Shown here: in pieces, positions 1 to 10,013 of the stretch
How the letters are laid out: every line of letters begins with the position of its first letter
Numbering within the stretch: the stretch's first letter is position 1
Source: Thermoplasmatales archaeon
GTDB lineage: Archaea > Thermoplasmatota > Thermoplasmata > Thermoplasmatales > Thermoplasmataceae
Reading direction: 5' to 3'
Length of the DNA stretch: 64,000 nucleotides
NCBI GenBank assembly: GCA_027310185.1
Contig: DAIDBH010000010.1
Span: 19,137 to 83,136 of the forward strand
Position numbers and translations under genes: made by a program
Notes under the pieces: generated by a model
Database searches by the model: none
Seen by the model: only the letters and a program-made list of their open reading frames with translations
Told to the model about the DNA's origin: nothing

Positions 1-2689
1 GGGGAATTATCCATTGCCCTTCTTCATTTTCAACATAACTCTTAACATTAGCGGATGTTGAATTACTGAATGTTCCAAGGTATCCTGAAGGCCCTCCAAC
101 AAGACCGAATTCAGGGTCCAGACCACCCTGATATTTATTGTTGGGAAATGGCCCGTTGTAAATCAGTTTACTTTGATAATAATATGAATAGTTTCTTTCC
201 CCTATTATGAATGCAGCCCCTGTAACGTTCATTTTTATCTCTTGCCTGTTAACGAAAAACTTGAGATAGCTATTCATAGGGTTTCCACTGTTTATGAGCT
301 GTGTTGAAATATTGAAGCTGTGCGGTAGAGTGATTATCCTACCTGAAGGGAAGGTATAGTGATATACCGTGGAAGTTTGATATATACCAAAAAATGGGTA
401 ATTAACCCAACCAGTATAATTCACCACATATCCTCCTGAAACTGTTCTGTTCAAATAAATTACGTTCTGGATCCAGTAGAGCGGCTGTCCCATCTCATTG
501 GAGAGAAATAGATTTTGTTGAATGGACGCGTTATAGAAAGTGTTTAGAGAACCTGTTGAGTTGTATGACCTGACATTGAGTGACTTCAGTGTGAAATTGT
601 TATCAACTCCCAAAAGATCAGATTGATTGTGCCTGAAATTTCTGTTCAGGACATAAACGGTTAGGTTATAGGCATTGATTGAACCCCATCCATCAAGTAA
701 ACTGTATCCGTATCTTGCCTGGTATAAGTGATTCCTTCCTGTAGAAACAGGAAGGAATGGAAGTGCAGGTAACGTGGAATTGTATATTCCTGTATCTATA
801 TATCCTGATGTGCTGTTGGAAACTTCCTTTTCGAACTGTTCTGTTCCAAGCTTATACAGCAATGGATCCAGGAAGCCGAGCCGGCTGTCATTGTTCTCGC
901 CTAACACAAAATCGATATCTGCAATTATTCCAGCTGTGACCGGTGATGCAACACTTGTTCCCCATGCGTATTCAAAACGTCCGCCATAGGATGCGTTAGT
1001 TGCGTCGTAGGTATAACCTGATATTGAAATCGTTAAGAGAGTGTTATTGGCTATGGCTGAAACATCAGGAACCCCTCTTCCCTTTCCCTGTATTACATTA
1101 TTTGCTGACGAATCGCTTTGCCAGACAGGTTCCTTGAGACATGTGTCGATCCCAGAGCTTGTGCCGTATGGACCGCCTAACTGTGTATCTCCTTTCGGCA
1201 CATACCAGTTTTCCTGTGACTGTATTTCAAGAGATACTGGGTTCAATTTGAAGCTTGTTCCTCCAACTGCAACAACACCAAAATTGTTGTACCCAATTAC
1301 TGATGGGAACTCCACATCTGTTCCAACCCACTTTGTACTGTTAGCATTATCTCCAGCATCACCTGAAGATGCCAGAACGGTGATCCCCCTTGCCTGTGAT
1401 TCCATTACGTCTTCATAGTAAGCCGTACAGTTCGAGTTACAGCCCCCCCAAGAATTAGATATGACTGAAACATTGTTTAACTTTGATTTTTGGCTGCCCG
1501 GGTTCAGTATGTAGTTGAAGGCAAGATCTAGATTGTAATAGGAAGAACTGTTTCCGTATACGTTGTATATGGTTGACCCTGGTGCTGTACTTCCAAGCAT
1601 TTCCATGTCCAGTGTGTTTTCGATATTTGCTCCAGTGCTGTCATACTGTGCAAGATGCCCGGGTGATACTGCTCCGTTGAGTGGAACCCCGATAACCGTG
1701 GGGTGGGGTTCCCCTGCAGGCATTGTTTCGTTGAAATAACCATACACATTTGATGGTACAAATGATCCTACTCTTTCATCATGCACAAGATTTCCATATG
1801 GTGTGCTCATGCTTGTTCCATTGTACTCTCCACCCCATAAAATTGTGGCTTCAACCGATGAAGTGGGATAGCCATATTCCCTGAAGAGTGTTCCCTCATT
1901 ATAAGCAGACTGGAATTCAGGCCCATAGAAATACTGGGTATTGCCTACGCAGGCTGGAGAGATAATACTTCCCTGCAATAAGGTGTTCACTGAAGTGTTC
2001 TGCTGAATCATGACTTTGTGGTTGAGGTTAGTGCCCAGCACATATTGTGAATAATTCGAGAGTCCCGTTATGGATGTTATTTGATTGTTGAAGAATGAGG
2101 GTATCTCAGGGATTCCTGTAGCTGCATAATAGTTCTGTGACCCATTTACAAAATCTGCTGTTTGCACCCTGAACAAATTATCCACCGATTGCGTCGTGGA
2201 GCTGAATGTAAGTATAGATCTTCCTCTGTATGATGTTATATGATCTATTCCGTTTGCCTGAAGATACTTTATGAAATCATTATAGATTGTCTTTGATGGT
2301 TCAAATTTCCTGTCAAACTGAGTTCGTGAAAGATACTGGTGATATTGTGATGAGTTTTTATCTGATATATTTGACAGTAAGTTTTCCAGTGCTGAAATAT
2401 TTGAAAATTCAAAGCTTACAAGAATATTTTCGCTGTTGTTACCCTCTGTTGCGTTAACTTCTTTCGGACTCTCTATATGGTATTTTTTGGATGCGCTAAC
2501 ATAGTTTCTATAAGGAACTAAATTTGAGAAAATGACACTATCATTCTCCATTGATTTTTTTTGTGAACCGGATGAATGGACAATCAGTCCTGAAATCTGC
2601 TCCTGTCCTGATAGTACTGCCATGGATGAAATAATAAAAACAAGAACCATAAGGATGGAAATGATTTTTTTCATGCTTTTCAACATCAT
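1..2689 (-). CDS. Secreted S53 (sedolisin/kumamolisin) peptidase with pro-domain, fused to a C-terminal thermopsin-like domain; 3' end lies beyond the window
   Basis: Not in the ORF track because it has no stop in the window. Hand translation from ATG 2689 (alt. 2674): signal peptide MKKIISILMVLVFIISSMAVLS, pro-domain SSQYHQYLSRTQF, catalytic motifs ENTLDMEM, ASSGDAG, VVAVGGT, WGTSVASP, Ca-loop GYSLLDGWGS, then thermopsin-like YWIQNV and PEFGLVGGPSG. Confidence 0.88.
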   Translation of the reverse strand, partial: MMLKSMKKIISILMVLVFIISSMAVLSGQEQISGLIVHSSGSQKKSMENDSVIFSNLVPYRNYVSASKKYHIESPKEVNATEGNNSENILVSFEFSNISALENLLSNISDKNSSQYHQYLSRTQFDRKFEPSKTIYNDFIKYLQANGIDHITSYRGRSILTFSSTTQSVDNLFRVQTADFVNGSQNYYAATGIPEIPSFFNNQITSITGLSNYSQYVLGTNLNHKVMIQQNTSVNTLLQGSIISPACVGNTQYFYGPEFQSAYNEGTLFREYGYPTSSVEATILWGGEYNGTSMSTPYGNLVHDERVGSFVPSNVYGYFNETMPAGEPHPTVIGVPLNGAVSPGHLAQYDSTGANIENTLDMEMLGSTAPGSTIYNVYGNSSSYYNLDLAFNYILNPGSQKSKLNNVSVISNSWGGCNSNCTAYYEDVMESQARGITVLASSGDAGDNANSTKWVGTDVEFPSVIGYNNFGVVAVGGTSFKLNPVSLEIQSQENWYVPKGDTQLGGPYGTSSGIDTCLKEPVWQSDSSANNVIQGKGRGVPDVSAIANNTLLTISISGYTYDATNASYGGRFEYAWGTSVASPVTAGIIADIDFVLGENNDSRLGFLDPLLYKLGTEQFEKEVSNSTSGYIDTGIYNSTLPALPFLPVSTGRNHLYQARYGYSLLDGWGSINAYNLTVYVLNRNFRHNQSDLLGVDNNFTLKSLNVRSYNSTGSLNTFYNASIQQNLFLSNEMGQPLYWIQNVIYLNRTVSGGYVVNYTGWVNYPFFGIYQTSTVYHYTFPSGRIITLPHSFNISTQLINSGNPMNSYLKFFVNRQEIKMNVTGAAFIIGERNYSYYYQSKLIYNGPFPNNKYQGGLDPEFGLVGGPSGYLGTFSNSTSANVKSYVENEEGQWIIP

Positions 2690-2741
2690 CAGTTAAAATA
2701 TTCTGATCCTATAAAATGCTTCTGTGACATCCTCCCTCCAG

Positions 2742-2951
2742 CTAACAGGGAGCTTCCCGTTTCATTGATCGGAGTTCCCATTGCTGGCAGAGCTCCGATC
2801 TCCACGGACGTGATTTTTGGAGTGCCCATCCTACGGCGATCAATCCGGCATTATGGATATTTATTGCTGCTTTCAGGGTACGGTCCAATGTAATACTGCA
2901 TACTTTGCAGTTGTATATGCGATCTGATAGTTTCAGTTCCTTCCTTATGTT
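2742..2951 (-). pseudogene. tnpB: TnpB C-terminal fragment (second half of zinc ribbon and degenerate RuvC-III)
   Basis: NIRKELKLSDRIYNCKVCSITLDRTLKAAINI matches the TnpB C-terminal pattern LxLSDRxxxCxxCGxxxDRDxNAAxNI. The catalytic D and N are substituted and the rest of the gene is absent. Confidence 0.85.
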
Positions 2952-3287
2952 ACGAGGAAGTATGAAGGGGGCCACGACTTCCCCTTCCACAGTTCTATCT
3001 TAACTTCTGGGAAGTTACGCTGTATCTTCCTTGATGTTATTGTTTTGACTGCGTTGATGAATGTAAAGGAGAGGTGTGGTTTTGAAAAGCATGTGGAAGT
3101 GATCCATATCGCATTCTATGTCCAGAATATCAACATTGAATGTTTCTGCTATTTCCATGGTTTTTGTCCTGAGAAGATCCACGATGGCATCATTGGCAAA
3201 TACCTTCCTCCTTTACTTTACAACCTGTATGAAGTGGTAGTATAATGAATATACAGAATGTGCCCCTTTATCCAGTTTATATGGAAT
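2950..3287 (-). pseudogene. tnpA: IS200-type Y1 (HUH) transposase pseudogene
   Basis: Hand translation IPYKLDKGAHSVYSLYYHFIQVVK*RRKVF...ECDMDHFHMLF (HUH motif), then after a frameshift FINAVKTITSRKIQRNFPEVK..LWKGKSWPPSYFL. In-frame TAA at 3213-3215, apparent start ATT, truncated before the catalytic Tyr helix. Confidence 0.88.
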
Positions 3288-3483
3288 AGTTACTGTATTA
3301 TATAATATATCATTAGGATTTAGTTCGCCTTCATCCTCTCTCTTGCGAAAGGGGACTTCTCGCCCACATATGTTAAACTGATTTCATCTATCGTTTTTCG
3401 TTTGATGTTTTAAATCTAGAATGGGTATAAAAATTAAAGATTCCATTGAAAATGGCTATATAATATAATTACACTACAGAACA

Positions 3484-6400
3484 ATGGTATTTTACAAACA
3501 TGCGCCAGACATCATGGGTAACGAATTTCTTTTTGTTTCCAATGACAAGATCTGGGTAGGTGATTTGAATAGTGGAACCTCAAGAGTTGTAGTGTCCAAT
3601 GAAGGCATAATAAATAATGCAAGATTTTCTCCAGACGGAAATAAGATAATTTTCAGGTCAATGCGGGGTAAGGATGCATCGCTAGCCGATCTGTATGTGT
3701 ATGACAGGGTCGGTGGCATTGTCAAAAGAGTCACTTTCCTTAACGGTAAAAGTGTCCCGAGAAGAATGTTCACAGATATAGCAGGATGGAAAGGAAGTAC
3801 ACCTATCATCTCAACAGATGCTATGTCATCCTTTGGGGCACTTACCTTCTTTTATGAACTTGATGCAGACACGCTCAACCTGAGTCCCCTCAATCTTGGC
3901 CCCGGTTCTCACATAATGTTCCATGGAGACGATGTGGTCATAGGAAGATATACATATGATATGCCACACTGGAAGGGCTATAAAGGTGGAACCAGAGGTG
4001 TTATCTGGTCAGGAAAACAGGGAGGCAAATTCAGCAAGATAGTTGACCTGGATGGACATGTGTCATCCCCATGCATCCTTAAAGATAGGGTCTTCTTTGT
4101 TTCCGATCACGAGGGAACTGGACAGATATATTCCATTGGAATAAAGGGAGGAAAATTGACAAAGCATTCAGACTTCAAGACATATTATCCGAGGCATCTT
4201 TCATCCAATGGGGTACTACTTATGTATTCAATGGGTGGAGAGCTATTCACACTGAACCCTGAAAAAAAGGAGGAGAAGAGGCTGGAGATCAGGATGAGTT
4301 CCGGGATAACTGTTCCCAGACCAAAGTTTCCGGATCCTGCAAATTATCTTGAGGAATATTCCCTGAACGGAAACGATGATACATATGGATTCGTCCTTAG
4401 AGGGAGGGGTGTCTTTACATCGGAAGAAATGGCTCCACAGTTACATATCCCATCACACGGAAGAGTTAGGCTGATCAGGTTCCTGGATGAAAAAAGGGTC
4501 TCTTACGTAAGGCAGGATAAGGATGGAGAATTTCTATGCATTTCTGAAATTTCAGATCTGTCGAAGCACACTCAGCTGGAGAAAAACATTGGATTGATAG
4601 ATAACATATTTCCCTCACCGGATGGAAAGAAGATAGCGGTGACAAATATCCTGTTTGAACTTTATATGGTAAACCTGGAGAATATGTCATGCGATCTGGT
4701 TGATGAAAGTGAAGCTGGAAAGATAAGGGATGTTGCATGGTCAAGTGACTCCAGCAGGATTGCGTATACGTTCCCGTACATGACTGGAGGATTCGGGCAG
4801 AGAGACGGTTCCATTGTTAAAAGTGCAATCCTTGATAAGATGGAGAAGAAGGAAGTAACAGAGAGAACAGCTAATGATTACTCACCATCCTTCGATCCAT
4901 CCGGTTCCTATCTTTATTACCTTTCTGATAGAACGTTTGATCCAGTGGAGGACAGGGCAACTTTCAACTATTCGTTCCCCCTGATGACCAGACCGTATTA
5001 CCTGAAGATGGACGATAGAGAGTTTTCACCTACGGTCAGGATACCTGAAGCAATGAAATTAAAACCAGAGAGGGAGAACGCAGGCTCTTTTACTGACTCA
5101 TTACCCATAGATTCTGGCAATTACAATTCCCTTAAGGCCATAAAGGGAGGACTGCTTTACCTCTCCTACAGGGCAGAGGGCCTGTTGAAGAACGCAGCTT
5201 CTGGAAGGCAGAGAGCTGGTAAACTTGTTTTCTTCAGTTTTGAAACAAAGAAACCAAAGACTGTTGCAGAAAAAGTCCTCGATTTCAGAGTTTCCAGGGA
5301 TGAGAAGTCAGTCCTGATCAGGAAGGAAAAGAACAAGCTGTTCAGGCTGCAGGTGAAAATTACAAAGGATTTGGTGAGTGGCTTTGATGAGGAAAAGGAG
5401 ATCCACCTTAAGAACCTGAAGATAAGGATCGAGCCCCAGGAGGAGTGGAGACAGATGTTCAACGAGACATGGCTCCTGGCAACAAGCTTCTTCTGGAAGG
5501 AGGAATTTGCAACGAGGAATGCGAGAGAAATATATGAGAAATATGAGCCACTTGTCAGCATGATCACTACGAGATTTGAACTGTCTGAAATACTGAGAGA
5601 AATGCAGGGGGAGTTCAGGACTTCACATTCATATGAAACAGGAGGAGACTTCCTTTCTTCTGATGCCATTCCCATAGGGCAACTGGGAGCTGATTTCCTC
5701 TTCAAGGGAAAGAAATACTACATAAAGAAGATCTATCACGGAGACCTCTCAAACGATAATGAGAAGAGTCCATTGCTTCTTGGTGGTTTCAGGGAAGGTG
5801 ACGAGATCGTTTCAATTAATGGTGAATCCCCAGGAAATGAGGGAAAAACAATAGATGAAATATTACTGAACCTACCTTCGGATATAATCAGGATTGACGT
5901 TAAAACTACTGACAAAAAGATGTTTTCCAACTACGTTAAAACCATTCCTGATGACAGGTATCTGAGATACAGGAACTGGGTGGAGGAGAACAGGAAGATG
6001 GTGCATGAAAAAACTGGTGGAAAGGTTGGATACGTTCATATACCCAACATGATGCTTGATGGACTTGCAGAATTCTACAGGCTCTATACAAGGGAATTCA
6101 AGAGATTTGGCCTCATTGTTGATGTCAGGTTTAACGGAGGTGGGAATGTTTCGCAACTCGTCCTTGAAAAACTCATGAGGGAGAGAATTGCCCTTACCCA
6201 CCCCAGAATGGGACAGGATTCTCCCTATCCATCATATTCTGTTGAGGGGCCAATGATTGCACTCACCAATGAGAATGCAGGATCAGACGGGGATATATTC
6301 AGCCACTCATTCAAGTTGCTGAGCCTGGGACCGCTCATCGGCACAAGAACATGGGGAGGCGTGATTGGGATAAGTCCTGAAAGAAGGCTTGCGGACGGCA

Positions 6401-6591
6401 CTCAGGTGACCCAGCCAAGGTTTGGGATGAAGTTCAGGGATGTTGGATTTGGTGTTGAAAATTACGGAACAGACCCCACTTATGAAGTAGAGATCAGCCC
6501 AGAGGACTGGAACAATGGAAAAGACGCACAAATGGAGCTGGCCCTGAGCAAAATAATGGAAATGATCGAACTCAGCGAAAAGAAGAAATGA
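3484..6591 (+). CDS. tri: Tricorn protease (S41)
   Basis: 1035 aa with beta-propeller repeats, PDZ-like region, TSHSY, DVRFNGGG, catalytic NENAGSDGDIF and GTRTWGG. Confidence 0.96.
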   Translation: MVFYKHAPDIMGNEFLFVSNDKIWVGDLNSGTSRVVVSNEGIINNARFSPDGNKIIFRSMRGKDASLADLYVYDRVGGIVKRVTFLNGKSVPRRMFTDIAGWKGSTPIISTDAMSSFGALTFFYELDADTLNLSPLNLGPGSHIMFHGDDVVIGRYTYDMPHWKGYKGGTRGVIWSGKQGGKFSKIVDLDGHVSSPCILKDRVFFVSDHEGTGQIYSIGIKGGKLTKHSDFKTYYPRHLSSNGVLLMYSMGGELFTLNPEKKEEKRLEIRMSSGITVPRPKFPDPANYLEEYSLNGNDDTYGFVLRGRGVFTSEEMAPQLHIPSHGRVRLIRFLDEKRVSYVRQDKDGEFLCISEISDLSKHTQLEKNIGLIDNIFPSPDGKKIAVTNILFELYMVNLENMSCDLVDESEAGKIRDVAWSSDSSRIAYTFPYMTGGFGQRDGSIVKSAILDKMEKKEVTERTANDYSPSFDPSGSYLYYLSDRTFDPVEDRATFNYSFPLMTRPYYLKMDDREFSPTVRIPEAMKLKPERENAGSFTDSLPIDSGNYNSLKAIKGGLLYLSYRAEGLLKNAASGRQRAGKLVFFSFETKKPKTVAEKVLDFRVSRDEKSVLIRKEKNKLFRLQVKITKDLVSGFDEEKEIHLKNLKIRIEPQEEWRQMFNETWLLATSFFWKEEFATRNAREIYEKYEPLVSMITTRFELSEILREMQGEFRTSHSYETGGDFLSSDAIPIGQLGADFLFKGKKYYIKKIYHGDLSNDNEKSPLLLGGFREGDEIVSINGESPGNEGKTIDEILLNLPSDIIRIDVKTTDKKMFSNYVKTIPDDRYLRYRNWVEENRKMVHEKTGGKVGYVHIPNMMLDGLAEFYRLYTREFKRFGLIVDVRFNGGGNVSQLVLEKLMRERIALTHPRMGQDSPYPSYSVEGPMIALTNENAGSDGDIFSHSFKLLSLGPLIGTRTWGGVIGISPERRLADGTQVTQPRFGMKFRDVGFGVENYGTDPTYEVEISPEDWNNGKDAQMELALSKIMEMIELSEKKK

Positions 6592-6653
6592 AACATTTCA
6601 TTTCTAAAATAAATTTTTCCCACTAACTAAAGTAGATTAATTTTTCAGGAGTA

Positions 6654-7538
6654 TCAGACTCCCCTGAGGGCGAGTGCAATTATAAATCCTATTAGAACCC
6701 CGGTGTTAAGGAATGGCAATCCTGGAGCAGGTCTTTTAATGAAGCTGAAGAGGATGAACATTGCTATTATACCTCCAAGGAGCGGTAGTATGAAAAATGA
6801 AAGGCTGGAGGTGGTTGCCCCGGAGTAGAGGAATGATGAAATTACCATGACGTTTGGAATTGCGATATCCCCGAAACCTATCATTATTGCACCTCTTTCC
6901 CTTCCCTCTTCTCGTGGTGTGTCTATATCTGCATCCTTCATGTCAAAGTTCATGTTTTCAGGCACTATGAAAAATAATGGCATGTTTGAGGATGTTGTGG
7001 CTCTTGCAATATCAAGCATGTGTTTTGTCTTGTAAACTGCAATATAGTCATAGATGGCAAAAACGATCATGAGAACAATTGCTGCGTAAAGCCCAAGATC
7101 TACACCCCATATGGCTGCCAGGCCGGCGGCCGTGAGGATTCCTGCAATATTTATAACAATCCAGTTCTGCCTGAAAAGGAGCAGGTAGAGGAAGAGTACA
7201 GGTGTTCCGAAACTAAGGAAATAATATTCAGGGTACGTGATTGGAAGAAGTGCATAAAGAAGACTTGATACTATATAGATCACAAAAACCATGGACAGGA
7301 CAAAAATAATCCTGAGTATTCCAAGCCTCTTCTTTTTTGAGATATAGAGAATCACGACTGACATCAGTATAACTGCAACTATGAAATATATCACGTATCC
7401 AAATCCTGCAGAGGTGTTCTGGCTTGGGTTCGTAGGACTGACGCTCTCCAGCTCAAGTGCCATCACGAGGCCGATCAGAGATGCCACCAGAAACAATACT
7501 GCTGTACCGATTTCTGTTGCTATTCTCCTGTTAAGCAT
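6654..7538 (-). CDS. Presenilin/SPP-family (A22) intramembrane aspartyl protease
   Basis: Multi-pass membrane protein with YD (AIYDYIAV), GxGD (IGFGDI) and PAL-like PAPGLPFL motifs. Confidence 0.92.
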   Translation of the reverse strand: MLNRRIATEIGTAVLFLVASLIGLVMALELESVSPTNPSQNTSAGFGYVIYFIVAVILMSVVILYISKKKRLGILRIIFVLSMVFVIYIVSSLLYALLPITYPEYYFLSFGTPVLFLYLLLFRQNWIVINIAGILTAAGLAAIWGVDLGLYAAIVLMIVFAIYDYIAVYKTKHMLDIARATTSSNMPLFFIVPENMNFDMKDADIDTPREEGRERGAIMIGFGDIAIPNVMVISSFLYSGATTSSLSFFILPLLGGIIAMFILFSFIKRPAPGLPFLNTGVLIGFIIALALRGV

Positions 7539-9930
7539 TTTTTACACTCTTCCTGACTCTTTTTGTTTTAGTTGCACCTGAAGCTGGTCTTTTTGTACTC
7601 TTCTTCTGGATCGATGGTTTCTTCACTGCAGTACTTTTCACTTTTTCCATATCTGATTTTGGCTTTTTATTACTTTCGCATGATATGTTCGGACACATTT
7701 CCCTGAATCCGCTTCCGAAAGAAACAGCTATTATTGGTGCGTGACAGTATTCACATATCTTTCCTGTCATCTTAATTTCACCCTTCTGCGGGAGCGCATA
7801 TGTCTGCCTGCACTTTGGAAAGTTTGAGCATCCAAGAAATCTCTTCCCGTATTTTGATTGCCTGATTATCATGTGCCCGCCATCAAGAGGACAGAGACCG
7901 ATGTCTTTCTTTTCCGTGTTGAACTTGCATGAAGGATCAATGCATAATTTTTCCGGTGATTGACCTCTTCTTATCACAGTTATTACAGGTTTTCCACATA
8001 CCTCACAGTTCTCTTCAGAAGGCTTGATCAATCCCCTAATCTTATGATAATAGTCAATACAGTTTTCCCTCTCACACCTGAACCTTATTGTGTCCCTGAT
8101 CTTTATGGCCTGTATCTTTGTTCCATCAATATTGCATGTACCGACCACTGTTCCTGTTTCAAGCGCCCCCCTTATTATTTTCGCTATGGAATCCTTATTA
8201 TTTTCCAGTTCCTCCAATACACTTGAAAGCATGTTCCTGGATGTTGAAACGACTGAATCCTTTGTTTTCTCCCCCGCAGCGATGTTGTTCATGAACGATT
8301 CTAGCTCTGCAGTCATATCAGGCTCAGCTATCTTTGAATCCACTGTTGTAACTCCCACTATGAGAGATGAGCCAAGGGCTGTTGGCCTGACAGGGTTACC
8401 TTCAATGAACCCCCTGCTCTGAAGCTTATCTATAATATCATGCCTCGTACTCTTCGTTCCAAGATTGAGGTTTTCCATCTCCTTGATGAGCGAGGCCATA
8501 TCAAATCTTGATGGTGGCTTTGTTTCACCTTCTTCATTTCTCCAGTTTTCAGCCTTTACTTTCTCGTCTTTCTCAAGATCGGGGTGAAAGATGTCCTTGA
8601 ATTTTCTATATGTATATATTGACAGCCATCCAGGATCAACCACCCTCGTTCCGTTTGTCTTGAAATCATAACTTTCAATAGCTATCTTTGATGACTTTAC
8701 CTCCCTTGTACCTTCCCTGTAAAGTGTGGCCAGAAATCTCCTTGCTATGAGTTCATAGACCTTGGCTTCATCTGCTCTCAGGCTCCCACTCTTTGGAACC
8801 TCTGTTGGATAGATTGGTGGATGATCTGTTGCCTCCATCCTGCCCCTTGATGGGATTATTTTCTCCTGGGAAAGAACCATTTCAGCCTCTTTCTTCCATT
8901 CGCTATTTTTCAGCTTCTCAACAACGGCCTTGAGGTTTATGCTTCTCTGATATACCGTGTTGTCTGTTCTCGGATAGCTAATGAATCCCTTCACATATAG
9001 TGATTCGGCGATCTTCATTGCTCTTGACGGCATGACTCCTATTCTCGAAGCCTCTCTCATGAACTCAGTTGTATTGAAAGGTGCAGGCTTGTATATCCTC
9101 TCCATTCCTTTTTCGAACTCCTTTACAATTCCATCCTTTCCGATGATGTTATCAAGGATTTCCTTTGCCCTTTTCTCATCCTTTATTCTTCCTTCCTCGT
9201 AAATACCGGTAAAAACATCATCCTTGAGAAAATCAACCTTGACCTCCCAGAACTTTTCCGGGATGAAGTTTTCTATCTCTCTTTCCCTCTTAACGATCAG
9301 TCCAAGAGTGGGTGTCTGCACCCTTCCTATGGATAGAAAATTCTTTCCCAGCCTGTTCGTTATGAGTGAGAAAAACCTTGTAAGTACTGCTCCCCAGTAA
9401 AGATCGATCTCTTCCCTTGCAGCAGCTGAATCTGAAAGGTTATAATCCACATCTATGAAGTTTGCAAAAGCGTCCTTGATTTCCTTGCCTGTCAGGGCAC
9501 TGAACTTTGCCCTTTTAATTTCTCCGTTGAAAGATTTGTCCTTCTTGACAATATCCAGTGCTTCTGTACCGATGAGTTCCCCTTCCCTATCATAATCTGT
9601 AGCAATTATGACTCTTTTGACGCCCACTGAAAGTGTTTTTAGACTCTCATAGGCAGTCTTGTTCTTTACATTATGAATGACGTTAGATGAAATGAGTTCT
9701 TTCAGGTTTTCCAGTTTCCAGTCCTTGAGTGTTTTTGGAAAATCAATTTCGACAATGTGCCCACTCAGAGGGACTAGATAGAATCCACCAACGTCATTCT
9801 CATATTCTATGTAACTCAGGCCCTTGGATCTTTTCTGTTTTGATTTACCATCGGATAGAAAATAGGCAATTCTTCTTCCTGCATCAGCTTTCTCTGAAAT
9901 TATTAATGTATCTGGCAATAGATATCCCAA
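7531..9930 (-). CDS. topA: DNA topoisomerase IA
   Basis: TOPRIM SEK...ATDYDREGE, GRVQTPTL, active-site ISYPRTD, C-terminal Cys4 zinc ribbons and Lys-rich tail. Confidence 0.96.
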   Translation of the reverse strand: MGYLLPDTLIISEKADAGRRIAYFLSDGKSKQKRSKGLSYIEYENDVGGFYLVPLSGHIVEIDFPKTLKDWKLENLKELISSNVIHNVKNKTAYESLKTLSVGVKRVIIATDYDREGELIGTEALDIVKKDKSFNGEIKRAKFSALTGKEIKDAFANFIDVDYNLSDSAAAREEIDLYWGAVLTRFFSLITNRLGKNFLSIGRVQTPTLGLIVKREREIENFIPEKFWEVKVDFLKDDVFTGIYEEGRIKDEKRAKEILDNIIGKDGIVKEFEKGMERIYKPAPFNTTEFMREASRIGVMPSRAMKIAESLYVKGFISYPRTDNTVYQRSINLKAVVEKLKNSEWKKEAEMVLSQEKIIPSRGRMEATDHPPIYPTEVPKSGSLRADEAKVYELIARRFLATLYREGTREVKSSKIAIESYDFKTNGTRVVDPGWLSIYTYRKFKDIFHPDLEKDEKVKAENWRNEEGETKPPSRFDMASLIKEMENLNLGTKSTRHDIIDKLQSRGFIEGNPVRPTALGSSLIVGVTTVDSKIAEPDMTAELESFMNNIAAGEKTKDSVVSTSRNMLSSVLEELENNKDSIAKIIRGALETGTVVGTCNIDGTKIQAIKIRDTIRFRCERENCIDYYHKIRGLIKPSEENCEVCGKPVITVIRRGQSPEKLCIDPSCKFNTEKKDIGLCPLDGGHMIIRQSKYGKRFLGCSNFPKCRQTYALPQKGEIKMTGKICEYCHAPIIAVSFGSGFREMCPNISCESNKKPKSDMEKVKSTAVKKPSIQKKSTKRPASGATKTKRVRKSVKNA

Positions 9931-10013
9931 TGTATTTTTATGATATATAATATTTTTTATTCAATCCTCTTATTTTAGGAAACATTTAAAATTAGATTGA
10001 AATATGATGACTC

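Larger units (their letters stand above)
2724..3372 (-). mobile_element. Non-autonomous, internally deleted IS200/IS605-family element (tnpA remnant joined to the tnpB 3' end)
   Basis: Right end reads ...GAAGCTCCCTGTTAGCTGGAGGGAGGATGTCAC on the minus strand, ending at 2724. Left-end hairpin-like region at ~3325-3366 (TTCGCCTTCATCCTCTCTCTTGCGAAAGGGGACTTCTCGCCC). Contains both tnpA and tnpB fragments. Left boundary inferred from a preceding TTTAA. Confidence 0.8.

Noticed and set aside
757-1761. Short ORFs at 757, 774, 1041 (+) and 1528 (-)
   Set aside because: Shadows or alternative frames of the long minus-strand S53 gene.
3045-3245. 66-aa plus-strand ORF
   Set aside because: Antisense to the tnpA pseudogene.
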